Shown: in pieces, positions 9,487 through 19,209 of the stretch | Numbering within the stretch: the first letter of the stretch is position 1 | Layout of the letters: each line of letters starts with the position of its first letter | DNA from: a virus | Lineage: Duplodnaviria > Heunggongvirae > Uroviricota > Caudoviricetes > Crassvirales | Virus record (IMG/VR): IMGVR_UViG_3300028048_000093 | DNA: 64,000 nucleotides | Direction: 5' to 3' (one strand) | Position numbers and translations under genes: made by a program | Notes under the pieces: model-generated | The model's input: the letters and a program-made list of their open reading frames with translations, nothing else | Database searches by the model: none | What the model was told of the DNA's origin: nothing

Positions 9487-11802
9487 TTAATGAACCCAAT
9501 GGTCATAATATCCTCCATCAGCGGGCAATGGCAACTTAGTGCAGAAAAAGCTTCCAGCTCTAGCCATACAATCCTTAACTACCTCAGTCATTTCCTCTGC
9601 CATTTCCTCAGGAACCTCAATATTCCATTCATCATGTGCTGGAATACAAAGTTTCACCTTAAAGAGCAAATTATGCTCTAACAGATACTCCCAAAGAAAT
9701 ATAGATGCAGTCTTGAACATTACTGCTCCAGTACCCTGACAAGGATAATTAATAGACTGCTTTTCTGAGGCTGACTTTCTCTTGAAGAAATACTTTACAG
9801 GATAGACATAAGCATCTGCTAATGAGACATATATCTCTTTGGTCTCCTCCTTGTTAGCCTTCTTTACAGTGTAAGTATATACACCAGGAATAGACTCAAT
9901 AGGAGCACCATCAGCAAACTTCTTACATATCTGAACCCTTACTGCCTTAGGTACTAGGGGGTTTTCTTCTCCCTTATACCCTCTATAGGCATCCCAAAAC
10001 TCAGATGTGAACCTCTTCTTACAGCCCATCAGGATGTCAAAGTCATATATATAGGCTTTATGCTGTGATAGTGGATTAAGCAGGATGACACCATATTGCA
10101 TAACAAGCTTCTTCTGCCTTTCTTGATAGGCCGCAATACCCTTGAAGCCCTTCATATAGTTGTCATATATCTGCTTTGATTCCTTCTCACTCTTACCTGA
10201 GTGCTGCCTGATAGTGTTGGCATCCCCACCATAGTTGATAGGGAACTCTACCTGAGATTTCACATCATTCCTGATACCTGGGAACTTCTTCTTAACCTCC
10301 TCAACAGGACAGGTTACTATAGTAGGATAGGACATCTTTGCTACTAGGCTATGGACATCACCACATCCATGATTGAACAAGTCTAACATAGCCTTGTCAC
10401 CAGTCACATCTGCAATGATTCTTGATTCCTGACCTGAATAGTCACAAGATACCCATTTCATACCTGGGCCTGCAACAAAGCAGGCTCTAGTCTCTGTATC
10501 TCTTGGGAAGTTTTGGAAATTGAGATAGTCAATATTGTTGGATTTGTCCTTGCCTCCTGAGGATAGCCTGCCAGTATCTGCTCCTAACTGATTGAAGTTA
10601 GTGTGGATTCTGTGACTTACCTCATTTATCTGGTCAATGACATTCTGACCATAAGTTGATGTTACCTTTGAAGCTCCTTGATATTGGACATAGAGATAAA
10701 TGAGGGTGGATAGGTTAGACTGAGGTGCAATCACCTTTTCCTCTACACTATCCTTCCACTCACCTGTCTCCTTATCCTTTGTCTTTAGATTAAGACCCAA
10801 GGACTTGAAGAGAGGTATTACTTGCTTTGGACTGTTCCAGTTGATAACACAGGTAGGAGGTTGGAATCCAAGAAACAAATCCCCTTGTAGGTTTTCCTTG
10901 ATATACTTCCTATCCACCTGATGTTCCACCTCAACCTTGTAAGCCTCAGCATAGCCCCTCTTACTGCCCTTGATGTCTGCCTCAGGACACCTCTCACCTA
11001 CCATCTTTCTCCTTGCTTTAGCCAGAGCTTCTTCCTCCAAGCCTTCAATTTGGATATAATGATAGGCATACTTCTGTCCTGTGGCTGAAGCAACTACCCA
11101 ATCACCTAGTGCCTTAAGGAACACTTCCTCAGTAAAGTTGTCAAGTTCCATCTTCCATTTCCACTTAGGAATACTGAGGAGTACACCACAATACTCAGTG
11201 TAAGCAAGCCAAGGAACTGATTTCTGCTCATAGATGTTTGCAGTAAGCAACCCTCTCTTTTCAAGTTCAGGCTGTTGTGCATCCATAATCTTTTCCAGAT
11301 ACTTAACATCATTGGCAGCATACTCTATGACATCTTCACTAAGACCTGCCCACATAATCTTACCTCGAACAGTCTTATCAAGCTCAACTCCCAGATAGTT
11401 CTCACCCAAGGCTTTGAGAGCCATAGAATGAATACCACTTGGGAATCCCAGCCACATCAGCTTCTCAGCAATGAAAGTATCATATACATTCTTCAAGACC
11501 ACCCTTGCATGGAACAAGAACTTCATATCAAACTTGATATTGTGTCCAATGAATAGTCTGTCAGATTCAAGATACTCCTTGAAGAAATTGATGTCAACTG
11601 TTGTCAGGTCAATGACTATTTGAAAGTCAAAGCAACCAAGTTGCAGCATCAAACACTGTTTTGTATATGGGTCAAAACCCATAGTCTCAGTATCAAGACC
11701 AACTTTCTTAAGTTTTTCAAGAAGTGATAATGCTGCAACTGGGCTTATTATCTCAAACTTGTCACTTGGTGGCAGTATTTGAGTAGTTACTACATAAATC
11801 AT
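9487..11802 (-). CDS. polA: DNA polymerase, family A with 3'-5' exonuclease domain
   Basis: Exo motifs LDTETMG, IGHNIKFDMKFL and YAANDVKYL are present. Pol A motifs are DYSGQESR (motif A), LGADTGRLSS plus NFQNFP (O-helix region) and IPAHDE (motif C). Confidence 0.85.
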   Translation of the reverse strand: MIYVVTTQILPPSDKFEIISPVAALSLLEKLKKVGLDTETMGFDPYTKQCLMLQLGCFDFQIVIDLTTVDINFFKEYLESDRLFIGHNIKFDMKFLFHARVVLKNVYDTFIAEKLMWLGFPSGIHSMALKALGENYLGVELDKTVRGKIMWAGLSEDVIEYAANDVKYLEKIMDAQQPELEKRGLLTANIYEQKSVPWLAYTEYCGVLLSIPKWKWKMELDNFTEEVFLKALGDWVVASATGQKYAYHYIQIEGLEEEALAKARRKMVGERCPEADIKGSKRGYAEAYKVEVEHQVDRKYIKENLQGDLFLGFQPPTCVINWNSPKQVIPLFKSLGLNLKTKDKETGEWKDSVEEKVIAPQSNLSTLIYLYVQYQGASKVTSTYGQNVIDQINEVSHRIHTNFNQLGADTGRLSSGGKDKSNNIDYLNFQNFPRDTETRACFVAGPGMKWVSCDYSGQESRIIADVTGDKAMLDLFNHGCGDVHSLVAKMSYPTIVTCPVEEVKKKFPGIRNDVKSQVEFPINYGGDANTIRQHSGKSEKESKQIYDNYMKGFKGIAAYQERQKKLVMQYGVILLNPLSQHKAYIYDFDILMGCKKRFTSEFWDAYRGYKGEENPLVPKAVRVQICKKFADGAPIESIPGVYTYTVKKANKEETKEIYVSLADAYVYPVKYFFKRKSASEKQSINYPCQGTGAVMFKTASIFLWEYLLEHNLLFKVKLCIPAHDEWNIEVPEEMAEEMTEVVKDCMARAGSFFCTKLPLPADGGYYDHWVH

Positions 11803-12068
11803 ACAAAAGTAACTGTATAGCCAAATCCCTCAGACTTGTCAATAGACCTTACTACTGCATTGTCAGCCTCTTTGAGAGGTCTTCCAACTACAATCATGGG
11901 TCCTCCAGACAAATCAAGGAACACTTCTCCACTATTAAGTTTGCCCCTCCTTATTATAGTTGAGGAGGTTTTGATGGCATAGGTCTTTGACTCTGCACCA
12001 TCCTTCCTGTGGAGGAGTTCAAGGGAGTTCTTCACCCCATCTGAATGTAGGTTATATCTCTCTTTCAT
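11799..12068 (-). CDS. hypothetical protein (89 aa)
   Basis: ORF track entry. Confidence 0.4.
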   Translation of the reverse strand: MKERYNLHSDGVKNSLELLHRKDGAESKTYAIKTSSTIIRRGKLNSGEVFLDLSGGPMIVVGRPLKEADNAVVRSIDKSEGFGYTVTFV

Positions 12069-12574
12069 TTCTTTGAGTAGGCTGTCAAGTCCTCATAATT
12101 TATCTCATACTTATACTTGGAGAAGAATACACTTCCCAATACACCATGCACAGTGACTCCATAAGGACCAAATGCCCTCTCTAGGTGGTCTTTAAGGTCT
12201 TGGACAACAAAGGTTTCCTCAAACACATGGTCTAGATAGGAAATTTCCAATGTAGCCTTGCCCTCACTCTCTGTAGAACCACTGCCAGTTGTTACCTTAA
12301 TGGTGTCAGTACTGAGGTCTTTGACTTTTAGAACTGGCAGTACAGCCTTGTCGATGTATGAGTAATCTCCACCTGAATCAAGCAGGAAATGGAGCTTCAC
12401 CCCATTATTCATAAAGGTGACTACGGGAACATTAAGTAAATCCATAGACTCCTTGAATGGAATGGGAATCTTCTTGCCCTTATTGTAATCTTCAACTCCG
12501 TTTACAATCCAAGCAATCACACATACAGCGACCATGACTATTACTACCTTCAAAACTAGTGATAATGTAATCAT
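12065..12574 (-). CDS. membrane-anchored protein with retropepsin-like aspartic protease motif
   Basis: N-terminal transmembrane helix. FLLDSGGD resembles the hydrophobic-hydrophobic-D-S/T-G-A retropepsin active site. Confidence 0.35.
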   Translation of the reverse strand: MITLSLVLKVVIVMVAVCVIAWIVNGVEDYNKGKKIPIPFKESMDLLNVPVVTFMNNGVKLHFLLDSGGDYSYIDKAVLPVLKVKDLSTDTIKVTTGSGSTESEGKATLEISYLDHVFEETFVVQDLKDHLERAFGPYGVTVHGVLGSVFFSKYKYEINYEDLTAYSKK

Positions 12575-12585
12575 CAGCTCTTCAC

Positions 12586-13128
12586 TTATGCAGTACCTGA
12601 TGTACCATGACCACCTCTGTTGGGGTTGCCTAGGCTATCCACCAGTTCAATTTTCACTCCACCAGTAAACAGGTGCTTAACCCTCTGCCAGAATGTAGCT
12701 TTCTGGGAGAGTACAATCCTGAACTGGCATATTCTTTCACCTTTCTTGATGCTTGTGTCCCTGAGAGCAATCACATTAGCAAACCACTGGTCTCCATCAC
12801 CATTGTATGTGTTATCCACAATACCAATGTGGTTAGCCATAATGATACCAAAGTTCTTATAAGAACTGCTTCTCATGGCAATATGTGCCTCATAACCCTT
12901 AGGCAACTCCATAGCCACACCCAGTGGCACAAGATGACTCTCGAAGTTTACCTTCCTTGTTTCCTGCTCTCTTCTGTTAAGCAGGCCAGCCCAAGGTGCT
13001 TTGAGGTTCACGTCCTCTGCTGCTCTCAGGTCAATCCAATCTCCCTTGTCATTAATGACAGGAGTGCAGCCTTCGGTCAATACCTTTACTTTAATCTTTT
13101 TCATGTCTTCTAAACTTTTTGGTTTCAT
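12586..13128 (-). CDS. dut: dUTPase (trimeric type)
   Basis: AMRSSS (motif II-like), GIVDNTYNGDGDQW (motif III) and C-terminal RGGHGTSGT (motif V) are all present. Confidence 0.75.
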   Translation of the reverse strand: MKPKSLEDMKKIKVKVLTEGCTPVINDKGDWIDLRAAEDVNLKAPWAGLLNRREQETRKVNFESHLVPLGVAMELPKGYEAHIAMRSSSYKNFGIIMANHIGIVDNTYNGDGDQWFANVIALRDTSIKKGERICQFRIVLSQKATFWQRVKHLFTGGVKIELVDSLGNPNRGGHGTSGTA

Positions 13129-13579
13129 CCTTCAGGATATAATGTCTGTGAGGTATCTCTACTCTCTCTACCCTGAAGAACACTTGATTGGTGTTTGGGT
13201 TATCCAACCCACCTCTCTCCTTGATATATGGACCAAATTTCAGATAGTTAAAGTATTCCAAGTTCTCGTCATCAAAGGGAAACTTTTCTAACCCAGAGTA
13301 CCAAGCAACTTTGAACCCTCTCAACTTGGCTAGGTAAGCCAAATAAAGCAGGGATTGCACATCATTGTCTCCACCCATGAACAATATACATGAAACACCT
13401 TTATTCTCCTCCATCAAACCCATGAAAGTATCTTGGTCAAGAGGTTCTCCTTTATCTTCCCACAGCCAAGGAGAGTGGCAGCCCTCACATTTGTGGGGGC
13501 AGCCACTTATGTTGATTGCCAGTGAAATCTCATCTGGCACCTCAGCCATTACTATAGCTGTGTTTATATACTTTAGCAT
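13091..13579 (-). CDS. nrdG: anaerobic ribonucleotide reductase activating protein NrdG
   Basis: ISGCPHKCEGCHSP gives CxxxCxxC as in E. coli NrdG. Immediately downstream of nrdD. Confidence 0.75.
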   Translation of the reverse strand: MLKYINTAIVMAEVPDEISLAINISGCPHKCEGCHSPWLWEDKGEPLDQDTFMGLMEENKGVSCILFMGGDNDVQSLLYLAYLAKLRGFKVAWYSGLEKFPFDDENLEYFNYLKFGPYIKERGGLDNPNTNQVFFRVERVEIPHRHYILKDETKKFRRHEKD

Positions 13580-15804
13580 ACATCTTTACCATTTGCATAG
13601 TATCTTCTGTCTGCCTCAATCCTTCTTCCCTTTGAAAATCCCTTGATAGGTCTCAGATAGCCTATGATTCTAGTCCACCAGCTTATGTCCTCTGAGCCAC
13701 ACTTAGGACATTTCTTAATAGGATGCTTGCTGATATAGCCACACTTCTCACATTTGCTATTGGGAATATTGAAGGTATAATAGTTAGTACCATTCTCAAT
13801 AGCATACTTCATCAGTTTCAGATACTGCTCCTTGGTAAGATGCTCTTCCAAGTTACAGTGCAAAGCTACTCCTCCATCCAAGCTGTCAACATATCTCTTG
13901 CCATGCAGCCTGAATTTCTGAAGGATGTCAATGCTCTTATCCTCAGGCTTATAGAAGTATGAGTTGTAGAGGTTTCTATCTGTGGGAACCCAATAACCAT
14001 CCTGCTTATCCCAGTTATAGTTCTTGATAGCAAGATTCTCAGCAGGCACAAACTCAGTATTGAACTTAAGAATGTGCTTCTTGTTATATGGATTCCTCTC
14101 AGCAATCCTGTTCTGCTCACTGATTGTACTAGTGATTAAGTTACAGAACTCCTGATACTTAGGATTGTCACTTACAGTGATACCAAGGAACTCTGCTGCC
14201 TCATTCACACCATTGATTCCAATAGTGAGGAACTGCTGATTAAGACTGATGTAGCCCTCCTTATATACAGGCAACATATCATGGTCATACAAATCCCATA
14301 GGAGTTCATTGTAGGCAGCATGATACTTATAGACTCTCTTGAGAATATCTATCAGATAACTCTTAAAGTCGGGCCAATATACTCCCTCTACATCTACCTT
14401 AGGTCTACCAGATAGGTTCACAAAGTTCTGTGTAATCCTATTGAGATTGAGGGTAATGACTGACTTGGAGCCAGTAGCTACACCAGTAAGGCCATTGGTA
14501 AAGCTGAACTCATTCTTATCCAGCTTATTCTTTAGCCTACAGCAGGATGACAAGGCATCAGCATTGTCTGACATATACACAAAGAAACTATGACCAGCAG
14601 CCTGCATTTCAGCAGTAAAGTTTGCATAGTCTTGGTCTATAACTTCCTTACCATCAGTCAGTAAGGCCATAGTCTCTACAGGAAAGGTTAAGAGTGTCTT
14701 GGACCTCTCATTGTTAAACCACCTCATAAACTTCTTCTGTAGGTAGTCTATTCCCTCCCATTCAGGCTTTGTTCCATCAGGATATACGAAATCCTTGAAC
14801 AGTGCATCCCAGTAATTCTTGTCGTAGTAAGATATATTAGTAAACGGGGATTGATAACTTCTATTTCCAGCAGGTTGGTTTATTGTGTAAATAATGTTCT
14901 GAAATGCCTGCTCTATAGCCTGAGAGATAGTTTTCTTTGTATCAAATATGAATGGCTCTCCAAGCATCTTGAGTACTAGCTTCTGCCACCAAGAGGAATA
15001 TCTCTTTGGGTCTGCTGCCTCTACTTGGAAAGCATCTTGGTCTCTTTCCCAGAATCTCTTGCCCCACTGCATGACACAATAGTAATAGAAAGTATTGAAA
15101 AACTCTCCAAATGCTACTGCACCTTGGAACTGTGATGAAAGTAGGAAAGCCAAGTTGTTGAACTGACCAGTGAATGAGTTCATGTTATGAGGAGCCTCTG
15201 TGTCAAGCTTATCCAAAGTGGCAGTACCCTTGTTGAGGAATGGGTACATATTTACAGCCACACAATAAGGTTTGATTGCAGGAGCTGAACCCTCATCATG
15301 CTTATAGACCACATGGGACTCTAAGTCCTTTATATAGTCAGGAGCCTCCTCACCATACATTTCCTTAAGTTTCTTGGTTACTCTATACCTACTAAGGTCA
15401 GCGTTTGCACTCTTATAGAGTTCTGCTTCCAAAGTAGCTACATTCTTATTCTGAATGTTGGCATTGGCATCAATCTCTGAGGCAGTTGCAGCATTGTCAT
15501 TGCTATGAACATACTGCTCAATGTACTCTGCCCTCTGAGCTATGAACCTCAGTTCACTATGTCTTTGCCTATATAGGATAAATGCCTTGGCAACCTTGTG
15601 GTTGTTGTTCATCAGGATGTTCTCAACCTTATCCTGAATCTCCTCAACACCAATGGTATCACCCTTGACAAATGCTTTCCTCAAAGCAACCAACACTCTA
15701 GGAGTAGGAGTGTAACCTTGTGACCTATAGGCTTTGGTGACAGCATTTATCACCTTGTCTATATTGAACTCCTCACTTTTTCCGTCTCTTTTAATTACAA
15801 CCAT
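13573..15804 (-). CDS. nrdD: anaerobic ribonucleoside-triphosphate reductase NrdD (class III)
   Basis: N-terminal ATP-cone (VIKRDGKSEEFNIDKV). C-terminal Zn ribbon CEKCGY...CPKCG followed by the glycyl-radical motif RIIGY. Confidence 0.85.
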   Translation of the reverse strand: MVVIKRDGKSEEFNIDKVINAVTKAYRSQGYTPTPRVLVALRKAFVKGDTIGVEEIQDKVENILMNNNHKVAKAFILYRQRHSELRFIAQRAEYIEQYVHSNDNAATASEIDANANIQNKNVATLEAELYKSANADLSRYRVTKKLKEMYGEEAPDYIKDLESHVVYKHDEGSAPAIKPYCVAVNMYPFLNKGTATLDKLDTEAPHNMNSFTGQFNNLAFLLSSQFQGAVAFGEFFNTFYYYCVMQWGKRFWERDQDAFQVEAADPKRYSSWWQKLVLKMLGEPFIFDTKKTISQAIEQAFQNIIYTINQPAGNRSYQSPFTNISYYDKNYWDALFKDFVYPDGTKPEWEGIDYLQKKFMRWFNNERSKTLLTFPVETMALLTDGKEVIDQDYANFTAEMQAAGHSFFVYMSDNADALSSCCRLKNKLDKNEFSFTNGLTGVATGSKSVITLNLNRITQNFVNLSGRPKVDVEGVYWPDFKSYLIDILKRVYKYHAAYNELLWDLYDHDMLPVYKEGYISLNQQFLTIGINGVNEAAEFLGITVSDNPKYQEFCNLITSTISEQNRIAERNPYNKKHILKFNTEFVPAENLAIKNYNWDKQDGYWVPTDRNLYNSYFYKPEDKSIDILQKFRLHGKRYVDSLDGGVALHCNLEEHLTKEQYLKLMKYAIENGTNYYTFNIPNSKCEKCGYISKHPIKKCPKCGSEDISWWTRIIGYLRPIKGFSKGRRIEADRRYYANGKDVC

Positions 15805-15805
15805 A

Positions 15806-16852
15806 TTATTTAGAGTTTAACCAGTAAATCAAATCATTCTCTCCAGTCTCATTTATTCCACTTGGCACACGGGGTCTAGAAGAGAGATATTGATAGAGCT
15901 GGGTTCCGAGGACAAATGGATGCTCAAATTCTATCTGCTGGTTCTTCCCATAAATGAGAGTGCCCTCTTTCTGGGTGTCCTTGAACTCCCATACCAGAGG
16001 TGTCAATGTGTACTTGTTCACCACAATGAACTTGTAATCAGCTAACTGATAGTCCTTGAACACAGGGTCTCTGTCCATATTATCCCTGATAATCCTCCAA
16101 TAGAGCCTAGCCTGAATGTCATATCTCCACTGTACAAAGGACTCGAAGAAATCCCACTCAGTATGTGAGGAAGTCTTGAGGTCAATGGGATATACAATCT
16201 TGTTCTTATGGTCAACCAACAGGAGGTCAGCCATACATCTGTAGTTTATACCATTGAAAGTAGCCTTGAACTTCAACTGATATTCCCTTACAAATGTGTC
16301 ATCGAAGGCATTGTTAGGCTGGAAATAGAATCTGGTAGCATCTGAACCTCTGAGTACAGTTACTGCTGCATCTATCTGCTCTTTTGTTGCTGTATCAAGG
16401 ATGGTTCTACCCTGTGCAGAGTGCATGAGTGAATAATACTCTGAACCCTGCTCCTTGATAACTTTAGCCCTTGTCTCAGGCTTCCAGTTGAGCTGATATT
16501 TCAATGCCTCAGTTCTTCCTATAATCTCAATGTCAGGTATGGATGAAAGTGTCCTATGGGTCACACAGAACTCTCCAAACAATGCCTTTACCATCTTCTC
16601 AACAGACTCTGTGACAGGAGGAAAGTCTGCCACAAGAAACTCTTTATCAAACTCTTTTTGACCACCTGTGATAAGTGCATCAACTGCTCTTCCAAAGGTG
16701 AGAGAGGGAGTTTCCAGTTTGTCAAACAGGTTATCCAGCTTATTGAAACCCTCTCTGGCAAACCTTGCAATGGTGCTATAAGAGAGAGCTTCATCTGCCC
16801 TGTAGGTAGGCTCGTCTACTTGCCAACTAATATCTAATAATCTAGGATTCAT
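15806..16852 (-). CDS. PD-(D/E)xK family nuclease (RecB/lambda-exonuclease-like)
   Basis: CMADLLLVD...IDLKTS matches the D...(D/E)xK catalytic pattern. Confidence 0.5.
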   Translation of the reverse strand: MNPRLLDISWQVDEPTYRADEALSYSTIARFAREGFNKLDNLFDKLETPSLTFGRAVDALITGGQKEFDKEFLVADFPPVTESVEKMVKALFGEFCVTHRTLSSIPDIEIIGRTEALKYQLNWKPETRAKVIKEQGSEYYSLMHSAQGRTILDTATKEQIDAAVTVLRGSDATRFYFQPNNAFDDTFVREYQLKFKATFNGINYRCMADLLLVDHKNKIVYPIDLKTSSHTEWDFFESFVQWRYDIQARLYWRIIRDNMDRDPVFKDYQLADYKFIVVNKYTLTPLVWEFKDTQKEGTLIYGKNQQIEFEHPFVLGTQLYQYLSSRPRVPSGINETGENDLIYWLNSK

Positions 16853-17366
16853 TGTCGAGCAAACTTAATAGTAGATTAACATCTTTGATAGCATATACAA
16901 CAGCATAGCAACACTTGATATTAGTCTCAGACTGGTATTTATCCAGCCATTCCCTGAACATTCTTATCTTGTAGGGGGTCACATCATTCTTGAAGCCCTT
17001 GACCTCAAGGAACACTTTGGTTCCCTTATAGTCAAACACCATGTCAGGTGTGTAATGTACTGCAATGGGCTTGGATGTGATAAGACCAAATCCTTTCTTG
17101 CCATATCTGTCATAGTATGGAACAGAGAATCCATCCCTGTCCCATACTTTACATTTCTGTGGTTCATAGTCAACCTGTATGCCCTTGTCAATCAAGGACT
17201 TATAGATGCTCTTTTCAAGCTTTGACCTAAACTCTATGCCATCAAAGTTAGTTGGTGTAGCATTAATGATTTTCTTGTTCTCCATAAAGGAAGCTGTGCA
17301 ATTCAGGAAGGATTTCAAGAGCCTTCTGTGCATCCTCCTTGCTGGTGAATACTGGGAGATACTCAA
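16842..17366 (-). CDS. small nuclease-like protein (DUF1064/VRR-NUC-like pattern)
   Basis: FDGIEFRSKLE...YTPDMVF...FLEVKG resembles the FDSK...Y.PDF...E.KG pattern of phage endonucleases. The 5' end overlaps the next ORF, so the likely start is further in. Confidence 0.4.
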   Translation of the reverse strand: MSISQYSPARRMHRRLLKSFLNCTASFMENKKIINATPTNFDGIEFRSKLEKSIYKSLIDKGIQVDYEPQKCKVWDRDGFSVPYYDRYGKKGFGLITSKPIAVHYTPDMVFDYKGTKVFLEVKGFKNDVTPYKIRMFREWLDKYQSETNIKCCYAVVYAIKDVNLLLSLLDNES

Positions 17367-17784
17367 GGTTGAGATTAATGTTCTCTACTTGGGTAATCTT
17401 TCCTGTGCATCCAATGACCCACAGTTTGCTGTACCTCTTAAGGTCTTTGCCTCTGTTCAGTTTCTTGGAAATCTGAAAGAGCAAGATGTTAAAGGTAGCA
17501 AGTGCAGTCACATCAGAAATCACTTGCAGGAAAGCTGCTGCCCCGAAGAATGGAGCACCAATCTGTCTGGCCACCATCCTTACATAGGGATGCAAGGCAT
17601 CACCCTCATCTTCCTTGACTTCTACATAGCCAAGTTCAATGAGTTTGACAAGGTTCTCCTCAGTGATGGGGACTTCCTTCTTGGCCTCTACCTTCCCAAA
17701 GGGAGTCTCAACAGGCTGGATTAACTCTATGGTATCTCCTACCTTTACTTCCTTCTTGGACTGTTTCAAAAAATACTTTGCCAT
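17263..17784 (-). CDS. hypothetical protein (173 aa)
   Basis: ORF track entry. Confidence 0.45.
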   Translation of the reverse strand: MAKYFLKQSKKEVKVGDTIELIQPVETPFGKVEAKKEVPITEENLVKLIELGYVEVKEDEGDALHPYVRMVARQIGAPFFGAAAFLQVISDVTALATFNILLFQISKKLNRGKDLKRYSKLWVIGCTGKITQVENINLNLEYLPVFTSKEDAQKALEILPELHSFLYGEQENH

Positions 17785-17797
17785 TTTGTTTTATTAA

Positions 17798-18475
17798 TTA
17801 AGTTAATAACTCGTCATACCATTTGATTGGTATGCCATAATTGTCAATCAAGAGTTGGTTTATCTGGCGGAATATGTGGTATGGCATCTTAGTGTGTGTC
17901 CTTGCATAGAATGAAGGATGATGCACTTTGATGATACTATTAGTCCTTTTGTCAATGTATGGCTCAAATGTTTGAGCTTGACTGCCAAATAAAACATAAA
18001 TCAGACCTGGTTCCCTATGACTTAGGTTGTCTATGAGTTTAGATATAAAGGGTCTCCATAGCATGACATGGCTTCCTATCCTGTTCATTTCACAGGTAAG
18101 GGCTGAGTTAATCATAAGTATGCCTTGCTTTGCCCATGATTCAAGGGTCACGTCAAACTTGATGGGAGGATGTGGTATCTCATAGTTTATACAAGCTTCC
18201 TTGACCACTTCAAGGGAAGGAGAAAGAGGGCATGACCCCTCTTTATTGCCAAACAATACTCCAGTTGCAACTCCCTTCTGTGGATATGGGTCTTGACCTA
18301 GGAATATGACTTTGCAGTCATGCTCACTACATAGGGTAAATGCCTTGAATATGTCAGTGAACTCAGGCACTATTGGCCTCCTCTGATAAAGAGGGGCCAA
18401 TATGCTGACTACTCTATCCAAGGATGGTCGGTCTATCACTTTAAGCCAATCTCCGAAATATTCTTCAATAGTCAT
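17798..18475 (-). CDS. ung: uracil-DNA glycosylase (family 1)
   Basis: VIFLGQDPYP is the water-activating loop. GILMINSALT and HHPS complete the UDG motifs. Confidence 0.8.
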   Translation of the reverse strand: MTIEEYFGDWLKVIDRPSLDRVVSILAPLYQRRPIVPEFTDIFKAFTLCSEHDCKVIFLGQDPYPQKGVATGVLFGNKEGSCPLSPSLEVVKEACINYEIPHPPIKFDVTLESWAKQGILMINSALTCEMNRIGSHVMLWRPFISKLIDNLSHREPGLIYVLFGSQAQTFEPYIDKRTNSIIKVHHPSFYARTHTKMPYHIFRQINQLLIDNYGIPIKWYDELLT

Positions 18476-19208
18476 CTTCGTTCAATGTTACCAAGTTATC
18501 CACATAGTCACTCAATATCCTGTCAAATGTCTCATCAGTAGCCTGCTCAGGTCTTGGTAGTATTGGGGACACTATTATACTGGGGCTAGAGTCAAGGATT
18601 ACCTCAACTTTCTTGCCTGATACTAGTGACTGAGCACTACCGTTGAGTCTTACAACTCTAGCTGGTGTAGTACAATACAGGGGAATGAGTTTCTTGTAGA
18701 TTGTCTTTGGAATAAGCTCCTCCTGACGGGATAAGACTGACTGAGGAACCCTACAGATGCACTTAAGCACCTGTATGGCTCTTGTCTCAGGGTCATATTG
18801 TAATCTGAAGGTAAGCATGAACAATGGCTCAAAGTTCTCATCTAGGATGAGACCAGGGCAACCATAGTATATGTTGCCACTGTTTGACTTGACACCTGTG
18901 AGTCTCTGATTGAACCTTGTTCTCATAAAGTCTTGGAGTATGGTTCCAGCCATCTTCCTATTTGTGAGACCATAGGTGTAGTTGTTGAACATAGGAACCA
19001 CAATCTCAGTTACACCCTTTATCTTTGCTTCCCTTGCAAGGTCTGCTAAGAATACAGGTATCTCAAAGGTGTTCCCACTTATGTCAACTGACAGGAGGTG
19101 AGAGAATAACCTTCCATTCTCTAGGTTACTCCACTCTACATCATCTATGTGATAGTAACTCCTAGTCATACTCAGGGACTCAAAGGCATATTGTTCTACT
19201 TTGTCCAT
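18465..19208 (-). CDS. hypothetical protein (247 aa)
   Basis: ORF track entry. Same operon as the E1-like and JAB genes. Confidence 0.5.
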   Translation of the reverse strand: MDKVEQYAFESLSMTRSYYHIDDVEWSNLENGRLFSHLLSVDISGNTFEIPVFLADLAREAKIKGVTEIVVPMFNNYTYGLTNRKMAGTILQDFMRTRFNQRLTGVKSNSGNIYYGCPGLILDENFEPLFMLTFRLQYDPETRAIQVLKCICRVPQSVLSRQEELIPKTIYKKLIPLYCTTPARVVRLNGSAQSLVSGKKVEVILDSSPSIIVSPILPRPEQATDETFDRILSDYVDNLVTLNEDDY

Positions 19209-19209
19209 A

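Noticed and set aside
8962-9681. 239-aa plus-strand ORF, and similar long plus-strand ORFs at 24887-25780, 29110-29670, 12673-13113 and 5418-5834
   Set aside because: They lie antisense to well-supported minus-strand genes (polA region, primase, SSB-like and others). They have low-complexity Leu/Ser-rich translations typical of shadow ORFs, and no promoter or leader context.
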